64,000 nt of DNA from Bacillota bacterium. Lineage in GTDB: Bacteria; Bacillota; Clostridia; TANB77; CAG-465. How positions within the stretch are numbered: the first letter of the stretch is position 1; every line of letters starts with the position of its first letter. Shown piece after piece: positions 48,319 to 57,922 of this stretch. The notes below the pieces were generated by a model that saw only the letters and a program-made list of their open reading frames with translations, had not been told where the DNA came from and did not search any database. The position numbers were made by a program, and so were the translations under genes. Location of the stretch: positions 70,565-134,564 of the forward strand of contig JAEWRE010000083.1 in NCBI GenBank assembly GCA_023460235.1, given 5' to 3'.

Positions 48319-49358
48319 TATATTATTTCTTTTTTCATTATCAATTGTATTTTCCCTTCGCTTTCTGCTATATTTAAATTTTTAATTGATAATATTATTT
48401 TCTTAATAAGATACATATCACTCTTATTTAATTCACTTACCTTTTCATTTATAATATCAAAATACCAATTACCTTCATCTTCGGTTAACATCAAATCTAC
48501 TTTTGAAGTTTGACCTGGAATTCCCATTATTCTAATTATTATTTCACAGATTATAAGTATAGTGTCATTTACACTTCCATTTAAATAGCTATTATCTTTT
48601 AGAGATATTTTGCTATTAAAAGGTACGTTTTTCATTTTCGATTCATTTTTTATTATTAATTCTATTACATCCATTATATCTCTATCTGTCATAATGTAAC
48701 TACTATTGTTTTGAGTTTGTCCTATAATTGAAGTTAAAACTTTATCTATTTTTTCTAAAGAATCTCTGTTTTTTGAATAAAAACCACTTAATTTTTCTAA
48801 ACTTTGTTTTTCAATTACATCTGTTGCAGTTTGTACTAACATATTTGTAACTTCAATTCCAGCACTTATTGCAAGTAAATTTGATTTTATTTCTTGAGCT
48901 ACTCCTGTAATTAAGCTTCCTATTGCAGTTGTTCTATATTTTGACATTTCAATCTCATTTTGTTGATTAAATATTTTAACTGCAGACATAAGTTCTAAAT
49001 TAAGTCTTGATATACCTTCTGTTTTGTCATAATAATTTTGTATATTTAATTTTTTCATCATATCTATAGGAGGCTTTTGACCAGAAAATCCAGTTTGTAA
49101 TATTATTATTAATTCTTGATTTGTTTTTCTTATCTCAGTTATAACTTCTTCTCCATTAAGACCAGGCATGAAATAATCAAGTAATGCTATTTGATATTTG
49201 TCAGTTCTCAACTCTGCAAGTGCAGCGTCTCCATCTGTAACTTTCTTTACATTATATCCTAATTGTTTTAAAAACTCATATGTCATTGTTAAATAATCTA
49301 AATCGTCGTCAGCCAGTAGTACACTAATATTTTTTACTAATTCATCAAATGTTACCAT
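48318..49358 (-). CDS. response-regulator receiver (REC) domain fused to a degenerate histidine-kinase-like domain (H-box His replaced by Gln)
   Basis: N-terminal REC (LLADDD, D at the LLDYFMPG region, K-containing GFSGQKP). Then GVAQEIKSNL where HisKA proteins have GVAHEIRNPL, and a C-terminal region with N/G-box-like GHKL features (NGSVND, IMGIPGQTS). Confidence 0.55.
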   Translation of the reverse strand: MVTFDELVKNISVLLADDDLDYLTMTYEFLKQLGYNVKKVTDGDAALAELRTDKYQIALLDYFMPGLNGEEVITEIRKTNQELIIILQTGFSGQKPPIDMMKKLNIQNYYDKTEGISRLNLELMSAVKIFNQQNEIEMSKYRTTAIGSLITGVAQEIKSNLLAISAGIEVTNMLVQTATDVIEKQSLEKLSGFYSKNRDSLEKIDKVLTSIIGQTQNNSSYIMTDRDIMDVIELIIKNESKMKNVPFNSKISLKDNSYLNGSVNDTILIICEIIIRIMGIPGQTSKVDLMLTEDEGNWYFDIINEKVSELNKSDMYLIKKIILSIKNLNIAESEGKIQLIMKKEII

Positions 49359-49475
49359 ATATAAATCTCCTTATTTATCTTTTTTATAATTATATAATAT
49401 ATTAAAAAAAAAGGAAAGAGTTTTAACTAAAAACTTTCCCTTTTAACATATTTATATCAAATTACCAGTATCTAA

Positions 49476-50294
49476 CTAAAAAATGAAAAACTTTACAAGT
49501 ATGATTATTGCAATTATTACTCTGTAGTATGCAAATAAAGCAAAGTCATTTTTCTTAATGTAATTTAATAAGAACTTAATACTTACTACTCCTACTATTG
49601 CTGAAACTACTACTCCAATAATTAAAGGAAGTATATCACTTGAACTTAATAATTCTGGAACTTTAGTTATTGCAGCACCAAATATTATTGGAACTGAAAG
49701 TAAAAAAGTAAATTTAGCAGCAGCCTCTCTTGAAACACCAACAAGACGTGCAGTTAAAATTGTTGTTCCAGATCTAGAAAAGCCCGGTATTACTGCAAAT
49801 GCTTGTGATATTCCTATAAGTAATGTTTGTTTTAATGTTAAATCTTCAAATTTTGTATCTTTATCTTTGTATTTTTTTTCTGCCCATTTATCTCCAAGAA
49901 AAATTAGTACACCCATGACTGCAAGTAGTAAGGCAATTATCCAAATATTATTTTGTGTTCCAAACATAGCATCAATTTTATCTTCAAATAGCTTTCCAAT
50001 AAGTGCTCCTGGTATTGTTGCTAAAACTAAATACCAAAACATTCTATTATTAAATGAATCTTTTTTATGAACTATCTTGTCAAAAGCACCCTTAAATAAA
50101 TTAAACCAGTCTCTCCAGAAAAATATTAAAACTGCAATTAAAGTTCCTACATGTAGAGCAACATCAAAAGCCATAGAATGTTCTGGCCAATTAAACAAGT
50201 AAGGTACTAATTTAAGATGTGCAGAACTAGAAATAGGCAAAAATTCACCTATACCTTGAACTATTCCTAATATTATTGATTGAAATATATCCAT
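49476..50294 (-). CDS. uppP: undecaprenyl-diphosphatase
   Basis: BacA/UppP signature GxxQGxxEFLPISSSAHL and PGxSRSGxTI. 8 TM helices. Confidence 0.9.
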   Translation of the reverse strand: MDIFQSIILGIVQGIGEFLPISSSAHLKLVPYLFNWPEHSMAFDVALHVGTLIAVLIFFWRDWFNLFKGAFDKIVHKKDSFNNRMFWYLVLATIPGALIGKLFEDKIDAMFGTQNNIWIIALLLAVMGVLIFLGDKWAEKKYKDKDTKFEDLTLKQTLLIGISQAFAVIPGFSRSGTTILTARLVGVSREAAAKFTFLLSVPIIFGAAITKVPELLSSSDILPLIIGVVVSAIVGVVSIKFLLNYIKKNDFALFAYYRVIIAIIILVKFFIF

Positions 50295-50306
50295 ATTTAT
50301 TTCCTC

Positions 50307-51326
50307 CTAATCAATTACTTTTGTTGATATTAATAGATTATCCGTTGTACGCAAATATATCTTATTGCCTTTTAAAGCTTCAAAACTAACATATTTTGAA
50401 AGTCTACCAATTCTTTTATATGGTTCACTTGAGGCAACATTTATTATATAATTGGGGTATATAAGATATACACCATAATTGTTATAATAGGTTTTTACTA
50501 AGTCTGTATCACTTAAATCTATTTTTTCAGTTATTTTGTTATTTTTTACTTTATAAACAGTATCTTTTTTATTTTTACTTAAAAAATACAAATTATCATC
50601 TTCATCGATACCGATCATTTCAACTTTTTCTTTGAAAATATTAAGACTACTACTTCCATAATAAACATTATAGTTTTCGTCTTCATAATATACCATATCC
50701 TTATGTTGTAACATTATCATTTTGTTATATACACTTCCAGATTTAATAAGTGAAATGTTGTTAAATAAATCTACTCTATATATAGAATTTTTTTCTGTAG
50801 TACCGTTTTTTGTTTGAACATTAAAATAAATTATATTGATTATTGGTGACATATTCATATCTTTTATAGCAACAAAATTATTAACGCTTATTTCATTATA
50901 TTTATTTTTTTGTTTGTTATCAATTTGATAAGTTTTTAAAACAATTTTTGATACATTTGTTGTTTTACTCTCTGTAAAATAAAGTATCATATTTTTATCA
51001 TATAGTAATTTAATATAGCATATATTTCCATCTTCTATTGTTGTAACATTTTTTCCATCGCTTATATTATTAATATATATTTTTGAATCCTTTAAATATA
51101 CATAGTATTTATTATTATGTGAATATTCAATGTTTTCTACATCATTTGGTAAAACAATTTTTGTTATTGATTTTATTTCTTCTTTACTCGCCGAAACCGG
51201 TGAATTACCTATAATACTAGTCTGACTAAGTTTATATATAAAATTATCTAAAATCGCAAGTGATGAAGTTGTAAGTATTGTACCAACGAAAAAAAACACC
51301 GCAATATACATGAAAAACTTTTTCAT
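50307..51326 (-). CDS. hypothetical exported protein (339 aa)
   Basis: N-terminal signal/anchor. Tyr/Asn-rich, beta-rich composition. Confidence 0.5.
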   Translation of the reverse strand: MKKFFMYIAVFFFVGTILTTSSLAILDNFIYKLSQTSIIGNSPVSASKEEIKSITKIVLPNDVENIEYSHNNKYYVYLKDSKIYINNISDGKNVTTIEDGNICYIKLLYDKNMILYFTESKTTNVSKIVLKTYQIDNKQKNKYNEISVNNFVAIKDMNMSPIINIIYFNVQTKNGTTEKNSIYRVDLFNNISLIKSGSVYNKMIMLQHKDMVYYEDENYNVYYGSSSLNIFKEKVEMIGIDEDDNLYFLSKNKKDTVYKVKNNKITEKIDLSDTDLVKTYYNNYGVYLIYPNYIINVASSEPYKRIGRLSKYVSFEALKGNKIYLRTTDNLLISTKVID

Positions 51327-51343
51327 TTTTCCCTCTCTTTCAA

Positions 51344-52297
51344 TTATTTAGTAATTATAAAAGCTGTTGGTACATATCTTTCTCCCATTATATCACTAGG
51401 ATTATTGATTAAATTACCATCATATATCATTGTGCTTGAAGCTCCACCATCTAAATTAAAAGCGTTATAAGCTCCATATTGTAAAAATATATCCTGTACA
51501 TTTTTTAAAGTAGCTCCGATACTACCTGCTTGTCTTCCATCTATAACAAGCATAAGTATTGTACCATCTTTTTTCTGACCAATAGCAGTTCTTGGTTGGA
51601 TTCCCCATCCTCCATCACCACTTTTTATAGTAGGATTTCCATTTAAAATTATAACTGGTCCAAAAGTTACTGCACTTACAAAATTTAACTCTTTCATTTT
51701 CGAATATGTCATAGAATTTGATACAATCATTCTATTTTTATTATCAAGTCCAACAATTTTATATGATCCACTTGTACTACCACTCTTCAACTGTCCATCT
51801 TGGATTATAATTCCACTTGCTTTTCCACCAGTACCTAATGCATCATCTTCAAATCCACCAGCATTTATTCCACCAATTGCATCATAATATTCTACAATTT
51901 GAGTTGTAGTTGAACCTACTTTGCCAAGCTTTGGTGCTGCAACTAATTTAACTCTAGATGGATCATTTACAATCAGTAAATAGCCTTTAAAGGTTTTAGA
52001 ACTTACATCTACTAGTTCTATTCCATCTTTATTCATATTACTTACTTGTATATCTTCAACTTGAGTATCATCTAAAGTTTCCTCTGGCCTACTATTTTTT
52101 AATATTTCTTGTATTTTTTCATCACTTAAAAACAAAGTTGCAAAATATTGATGTGACATTGTAGTCATAGCTGTTGTAACTATCATATCTCTTGTATTTG
52201 TAAATGGTCCATAGAAAATTAATGCAATAGCAAGTAATGGCATAAATATTATCTCAAACAGGAAAAATCCTGCAAATATCTTCAATTTCTTTTTCAT
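51344..52297 (-). CDS. phosphodiester glycosidase family protein (NAGPA/DUF2233-like), membrane-anchored
   Basis: GGINAGGF, TGGKASGIIIQDG and AFNLDGGASSTM motifs. Confidence 0.6.
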   Translation of the reverse strand: MKKKLKIFAGFFLFEIIFMPLLAIALIFYGPFTNTRDMIVTTAMTTMSHQYFATLFLSDEKIQEILKNSRPEETLDDTQVEDIQVSNMNKDGIELVDVSSKTFKGYLLIVNDPSRVKLVAAPKLGKVGSTTTQIVEYYDAIGGINAGGFEDDALGTGGKASGIIIQDGQLKSGSTSGSYKIVGLDNKNRMIVSNSMTYSKMKELNFVSAVTFGPVIILNGNPTIKSGDGGWGIQPRTAIGQKKDGTILMLVIDGRQAGSIGATLKNVQDIFLQYGAYNAFNLDGGASSTMIYDGNLINNPSDIMGERYVPTAFIITK

Positions 52298-52445
52298 CTT
52301 ATTACCTCATAAAAAACATCTATAATATTTTATCAAACTTCAACATTTTTTGCAACTTAATATTTAGATTTTGTTGTTATTTTATTATATTTTATAAAAA
52401 AAAGAATGTACCATAATATTGATACACTCTTTTAAAAATTAACTT

Positions 52446-54863
52446 TTATTGCGTTTTATTATTATTGTATATGTCAACACCACCGTTATTTCCATCATCA
52501 GGTTTTTCTGTTGAAGGCTTACTTGTATGTATATCACAAGTTTCTGTTGGTAACATATATTGCCAATCTGCAGGTTTAACTGTAGGTACACTATCTCTTG
52601 TAATAAATGATTTTTCAACAGTAGATGGACAATACTGAGTTGCTATTTTACCGCTTTCAGTACAAATTCTAACAGTTTTATGAATATCACAAGTAGCAGT
52701 TGGAACTTTTCCTACAGCAACCAAATCAGTTAATGTTTGATCACCTCTTGGATCATTCCTACAAGCATCTGTTGCAACTTTACCTGATATTCTACAAAGT
52801 GCTGCAGTAGTTACACTACTTGGTTGTTCGAATTTCTTATTTGGTAATCCTTTTACTATTGTACTCATTACACTATTAAATTTTGTAATACTTACATATG
52901 GATAAGGTTTTCCAATAACTTTTGGTTTATCATATCCTTCCCATCCTGCAATAGAATAATATGGTGTAAATCCAGCAAACCATCTATCTTTATCATCATT
53001 TGTATTACCAGTTTTACCAGCAACATCAATTCCAGGAGTTTTAATATATCCATAAGCTGTACCATTAGCACTTGAAATAACTGATTGTAGGCAACTTGTT
53101 AACATATATGCTGTTGAATCAGCCATAACTCTTTTTGCTTCTGTTTTTGTAGATAATACTTCATTTCCATCATTATCAACAACTTTTGTGTAAAGTTTAG
53201 GTTCAATATATATACCACCATTTGCAATTGTTGCATAGGCACTTGCAAGTTCAAGTGGTGTAACACCGTCAGTAAGTCCGCCAAGAGCTAATGATGCTGA
53301 GTTTTTATCAGCTTCAACTAAACTTTTAAGCCCAGCATTTTTTGCAAAATTAAATGCATAGTTTATATCTACTAATCTGTTTGCTCTTACAGCTGGTAAA
53401 TTCATAGATTTGTTGATTGCATTTCTTACAGTAACATATCCATTAAATCCATTATAATAATTCTTTGGTGACCAATTCCCTATAGTAAGAGGACTATCAT
53501 CTAAACCAGATCCTGGTGAAAGCAATCCTTGTTCCATTGCAGGTCCATATGCACCAAATGGTTTCATAGTAGAACCTGGTTGTCTTTTAACAAGTGCACG
53601 ATTAAGAACTCTAGCACCAGTTTTTTCACCTGCACCACCTGTAAGTCCAACTACGTTTCCTGTTGAATTTTCTATTACAACCATTGCTCCTTGGAAGTCA
53701 TTTGCAAAAGTTTTGCTATCGTTATATGCATCATCAATTGCTTTTTGAACACTTGAATCTTGTGTTGTATATATTTTTAATCCTCCAGTAAGAAGCATTT
53801 TAGTTGCAAGACCTTTATTTATACCTTTTGCTTCCATAAGGTCATCTAATACTTGTTCATAAATAGCATCTACAAAGTAAGTTTGAACTGAGCTATCTGC
53901 CTGTACTTCTTCTTTTTTAAATGCAACTTCATATTTTAAAGCCTCATCATATTGTTGTTGATCAATTTTTTTAAGTTTTAGCATTTGATTTAATACTATT
54001 TTTTGTCTGTCTAAAAGTTTTTTCTTAGCTTCTTCACTTTTATATGGATTTGTTGATTCAGGTGATTGTATCTTAGCAGCAATTATAGCTGCTTCTGCCA
54101 CATTTAAATCTTTTACAGATTTTCCAAAATAGTTTTCAGATGCAACTTCTATACCATATGCCCCATCACCAAAATAAATAGTGTTTACATAAGCTTCAAA
54201 TATTTTTTCTTTAGACATCATTTTTTCAATCATTAAAGCTCTATACCATTCTCTTATTTTTCTTTGCCAAGAACTTTCTTTATCATCTTTTATATTTTTT
54301 ACAAGCTGTTGTGTTATTGTACTTCCACCAAAGTTTGAATCACCACGATTAATAACATAAGTTACAATAGCTCCGAGTGTTCTTTTTATATCTATACCAT
54401 TATGTGAGAAAAATCTTTCATCTTCAATAGATACAATTGCATCTACAACTGGTTTAGGCAAATCTTCATAATTTACCATTACTCTGTTTTCAGAATCAAA
54501 GAATGCACCAATTTGATTTGAGTCTTTGTCATATATAAAGCTTGTTTCATTTTGTAGTTCAATATCAGATAAGGCTAAACTATCTGTTTTACCAACTATA
54601 CCAGATATTACACCTACTACCACACCTGCACCTATTATACACAACGCAATAAATACAAATAGACAAATTCTAAAGATTTTCCATCCAGTCTTTTTACCTT
54701 TTTTATTTTTTTTACCTTTTCCTTTTTCATCAAAGGTTTTATCTCCATTATTTACAATTGGTACAACTTTAGTTCCTTGATCATTGTCACTCTTTTGTTT
54801 CTTTTTCAGAGATTTAAATTTAAGTTTATTAAATTTTCCCTTTGTTCTTTTTTTATCTTCCAT
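52446..54863 (-). CDS. bifunctional class A penicillin-binding protein (GT51 transglycosylase + transpeptidase)
   Basis: GT51 motifs EDERFFSHNGID and GGSTITQQLVKN. TPase SxxK (STMKP), SxN, KTG. Cys-rich repeated C-terminal extension. Confidence 0.9.
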   Translation of the reverse strand: MEDKKRTKGKFNKLKFKSLKKKQKSDNDQGTKVVPIVNNGDKTFDEKGKGKKNKKGKKTGWKIFRICLFVFIALCIIGAGVVVGVISGIVGKTDSLALSDIELQNETSFIYDKDSNQIGAFFDSENRVMVNYEDLPKPVVDAIVSIEDERFFSHNGIDIKRTLGAIVTYVINRGDSNFGGSTITQQLVKNIKDDKESSWQRKIREWYRALMIEKMMSKEKIFEAYVNTIYFGDGAYGIEVASENYFGKSVKDLNVAEAAIIAAKIQSPESTNPYKSEEAKKKLLDRQKIVLNQMLKLKKIDQQQYDEALKYEVAFKKEEVQADSSVQTYFVDAIYEQVLDDLMEAKGINKGLATKMLLTGGLKIYTTQDSSVQKAIDDAYNDSKTFANDFQGAMVVIENSTGNVVGLTGGAGEKTGARVLNRALVKRQPGSTMKPFGAYGPAMEQGLLSPGSGLDDSPLTIGNWSPKNYYNGFNGYVTVRNAINKSMNLPAVRANRLVDINYAFNFAKNAGLKSLVEADKNSASLALGGLTDGVTPLELASAYATIANGGIYIEPKLYTKVVDNDGNEVLSTKTEAKRVMADSTAYMLTSCLQSVISSANGTAYGYIKTPGIDVAGKTGNTNDDKDRWFAGFTPYYSIAGWEGYDKPKVIGKPYPYVSITKFNSVMSTIVKGLPNKKFEQPSSVTTAALCRISGKVATDACRNDPRGDQTLTDLVAVGKVPTATCDIHKTVRICTESGKIATQYCPSTVEKSFITRDSVPTVKPADWQYMLPTETCDIHTSKPSTEKPDDGNNGGVDIYNNNKTQ

Positions 54864-54883
54864 TTCTTCACCTCTATAAAAAT

Positions 54884-55255
54884 TTACCAGTCAAAAAATA
54901 TGTCTTCAAATTTCATTCTTATGTTTAAACTAATTTTTAATGCTTGTTTTACTTGTTCCATTGTTAACGAATCAAGAGAACAAACTTTAGATTTAAGTCT
55001 TGATTTATCAAGAGTTCTTAGCTGTTCAGCAAGAATTATAGAATCTTTATCTAGTCCACACATATTACTTTTTAAAGGTATATGAGTTGGCAATTTATTT
55101 TTTACTTTACTAGTTATTGGTAAAACAATAACAGTAGGACTATGTTTGTTTCCAATATTATTTTGTACAATCAAAACTGGCCTTACCCCATCTTGCTCAC
55201 TTCCAACAACTGGACCTAAATCAGCAAAAAATATATCTCCTCTTTTAATTTCCAA
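54884..55255 (-). CDS. mazF: MazF/EndoA(PemK)-family mRNA interferase toxin; TTG start
   Basis: 123 aa, nearly collinear with Bacillus EndoA (GDIFFADLGPVVGSEQDGVRPVLIVQNNIGN...SPTVIVLPITSK...LPTHIPL). RBS AAGGTG 7 nt before the TTG. No antitoxin ORF fits in the 62-nt upstream gap. Confidence 0.8.
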   Translation of the reverse strand: MEIKRGDIFFADLGPVVGSEQDGVRPVLIVQNNIGNKHSPTVIVLPITSKVKNKLPTHIPLKSNMCGLDKDSIILAEQLRTLDKSRLKSKVCSLDSLTMEQVKQALKISLNIRMKFEDIFFDW

Positions 55256-55317
55256 ATTATATACACCTTACTTTCACTATTATACACTCAATTTATAAAA
55301 AAATCAAATACTATCTA

Positions 55318-56043
55318 CTAAAAAACTGTATTAATTTCAAAAGAATTATAACTTATATCTATATATACCTTATTATCACTGTTATATACAAACATTTCAG
55401 TTGGTTTTGAAGTATCTTTATTTATTAACAATTCAATAGCTGATATTTTAATTCCATCTTTAACTAAATCAGAATATTCTTTACATATATCACAATCATT
55501 ATTTCCAAAAATGATTTTATAGCTTATCTTTTGATCCTCATCAACATTTTCAATTTTACAGCAGTTATCAATATTACCATTTATTATCTTTTTATATATT
55601 CCAATAAAAGTAGAAATACTCATTATATTTTCTTTTTTTACAATATAATCACTTAAATAAAATTCATTTTTTTGACTTTCATTTTTAATTTTAACTTGAT
55701 TATTTTCAATTAAATATGAAATTTTTTCATTATTTGCAGATAAGGTTTCAAACTTAAATCTTTCAGTATTATTTTTTTCATTTTTTGAATACCATTCTTT
55801 CATTTGATAATTATTAGTATTTTTGTTACTTTGTATTGTAATAGAATAATCAGCAAAGTATGATGTTATATCCATTATTGAATCTTTATTTAATACATTA
55901 CCTAAATTAAATCCATTTGAATCTTTATTTACTATATAAAATGTAGTAGCAATGAGTATGCAAGCAATCGTTATAGCAGTAATTATTATCATTATTATCT
56001 TTTTTTCTTTTAAAAAACCTAAATTTATACTTGTTATAAACAT
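55318..56043 (-). CDS. hypothetical membrane-anchored protein (241 aa)
   Basis: N-terminal TM helix, Asn/Lys-rich exported domain with CC..CDIC cysteines. Confidence 0.5.
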   Translation of the reverse strand: MFITSINLGFLKEKKIIMIIITAITIACILIATTFYIVNKDSNGFNLGNVLNKDSIMDITSYFADYSITIQSNKNTNNYQMKEWYSKNEKNNTERFKFETLSANNEKISYLIENNQVKIKNESQKNEFYLSDYIVKKENIMSISTFIGIYKKIINGNIDNCCKIENVDEDQKISYKIIFGNNDCDICKEYSDLVKDGIKISAIELLINKDTSKPTEMFVYNSDNKVYIDISYNSFEINTVF

Positions 56044-56103
56044 AAAAACTCCCCTATTAATATCATAATTAATTATATGATACTAATAGAGGAGTATGAT
56101 TTA

Positions 56104-57729
56104 TTATTTTATATATTTGCTTGATTTTATATCAGAAAGAGAATTCTTTAATTCATTTAATTTTTCTCTTATTTGTGCTAAATCATTTTCATCACCAGTA
56201 TGCTTTAATTCTGATTTAACACTATTTGTCATTTTATCCACATCTTCTTTTAAGAATGAAAGTAATTCAAGTATATCAAATCTAGTAGATTGATATGTAG
56301 ACTTAGTAGATCCGATAAGTTCTCCTTTTTCATTATATGATTCTTTATAGTCAGGTATAGTTGAAGAAATATTAAATTTATCAAAAATATATCCTTTTAA
56401 TGCTTGTTGAGCAGAATATTCGCCATGAACTATAAAAATATGTTTTGGTTTTGTAGTCATTTTATCTATCCAATTAAGAAGTCCATCTCTATCAGCATGA
56501 CCAGAAAATGCATCTAAATATCTTATTTCAGCATTAACAGCAATCTCTTCTCCAAATATTTTTACTATTTTTTCGCCTGATAATATTTTCTTACCAAGTG
56601 TTCCTTCAGCTTGGAATCCAACAAATAAAACTGTACATTCAGGTCTATACAAATTATGCTTTAAATGATGCTTTATTCTTCCAACTTCACACATTCCACT
56701 TGCTGAGATTATAATCTTAGGTGTTCTATCTTCATTTAATGCTTTTGACTCTTCAGCAGTACTTACAAAATGCAAATTATCAAATTCAAGAGGATTATCA
56801 CCTTTTAGTAAATACCTTAATGCATCATCATCATAATATTCAGGATTATCAATAAAAATATTAGTTGCATTTACGGCTAGAGGACTATCCACATAAACAG
56901 GTATTTTTTTAATTTTTTCTCCAACACCTTTCATAGCTGCATATCTATTAATTTCATATAATAATTCTTGAGTTCTTCCTACAGCAAAAGAAGGTATTAT
57001 TATATTTCCGCCTCTTTCTACAGTATCAAGTAAAATTTGAATAAAAGTATCACTTTGATCTTCAATATTTCCGTGAAGTCTATCTCCATATGTTGATTCC
57101 ATTACTAAATAATCAGCACCTTCAATAAATGTAGGGTCCTTAATTATTGGCATATCAGTATTACCAAGATCACCAGAAAATACTAATTTTTTTTCTTCGC
57201 CATCTTCTTTTAAATCAACTTCAACTATTGCAGATCCAAGCATATGTCCAGCATCAATTAATCTAAATGATAAATCATCACTGATTTTTATTTCATCTTC
57301 ATAATTTACACCTTCAAAAAGTTTCATTGAATCCAAACCATCTTGAGCTGTATACATTGGCTCTGTTTCTTTCTTTCCAGCTCTTTTTCTTTTTTTGTTT
57401 ATCCATTCTATTTCTTTTTCTTGTATATGTCCACTATCTGCAAGCATTATTTTACAAAGATCTACTGTAGCAGTAGTAGTATATATCTTACCAGTATATC
57501 CAGCCTTATATAACTTTGGTATTCTACCACTATGATCAATATGTGCATGAGTTAGTATTACAAAATCAATTTCATTTATATTAAACGGAAAATCTTCATA
57601 ATTTTGCATTTGATCAGTAAGTCTTCCTTGAAACATTCCACAATCAACTAGAAATTTTTTACCACAAGCTTCTACCATATGACATGAACCAGTTACTGTT
57701 CTTGCTGCACCATAAAAAGTTATTTTCAT
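56104..57729 (-). CDS. beta-CASP family metallo-beta-lactamase-fold ribonuclease (RNase J-like / CPSF-like)
   Basis: MBL HxHxDH motif (THAHIDHSG) and beta-CASP/RMMBL segments. Start set at MKITFYGAAR (ATG 57729) 8 nt after AAGGAGAT. The ORF table extends to 57786. Confidence 0.75.
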   Translation of the reverse strand: MKITFYGAARTVTGSCHMVEACGKKFLVDCGMFQGRLTDQMQNYEDFPFNINEIDFVILTHAHIDHSGRIPKLYKAGYTGKIYTTTATVDLCKIMLADSGHIQEKEIEWINKKRKRAGKKETEPMYTAQDGLDSMKLFEGVNYEDEIKISDDLSFRLIDAGHMLGSAIVEVDLKEDGEEKKLVFSGDLGNTDMPIIKDPTFIEGADYLVMESTYGDRLHGNIEDQSDTFIQILLDTVERGGNIIIPSFAVGRTQELLYEINRYAAMKGVGEKIKKIPVYVDSPLAVNATNIFIDNPEYYDDDALRYLLKGDNPLEFDNLHFVSTAEESKALNEDRTPKIIISASGMCEVGRIKHHLKHNLYRPECTVLFVGFQAEGTLGKKILSGEKIVKIFGEEIAVNAEIRYLDAFSGHADRDGLLNWIDKMTTKPKHIFIVHGEYSAQQALKGYIFDKFNISSTIPDYKESYNEKGELIGSTKSTYQSTRFDILELLSFLKEDVDKMTNSVKSELKHTGDENDLAQIREKLNELKNSLSDIKSSKYIK

Positions 57730-57850
57730 ATTATCTATCTCCTTACTATCTTTAGTATGCACATATTTTATACCAAATAAAAACAATTTTCAATATATTT
57801 TTTAAAATTATATTTCAAACATAAACCTTTCTATTTTAGATTTATATTGA

Positions 57851-57887
57851 ATTTTTAAAAATGGAATGAGTTTTAATTCATTCCATT
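57851..57887 (-). terminator. rho-independent terminator after the large surface-protein gene
   Basis: aatggaatga / tcattccatt 10-bp stem then UUUUUAAAAA on the minus strand. Confidence 0.55.
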
Positions 57888-57922
57888 TTTATAGTTATAT
57901 ATTTTTATTTTTTATATTCTTT

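Noticed and set aside
54777-55085. Plus-strand 102-aa ORF overlapping mazF as a possible antitoxin
   Set aside because: It is on the opposite strand, hydrophobic, and has no RBS. It looks like an antisense artefact.
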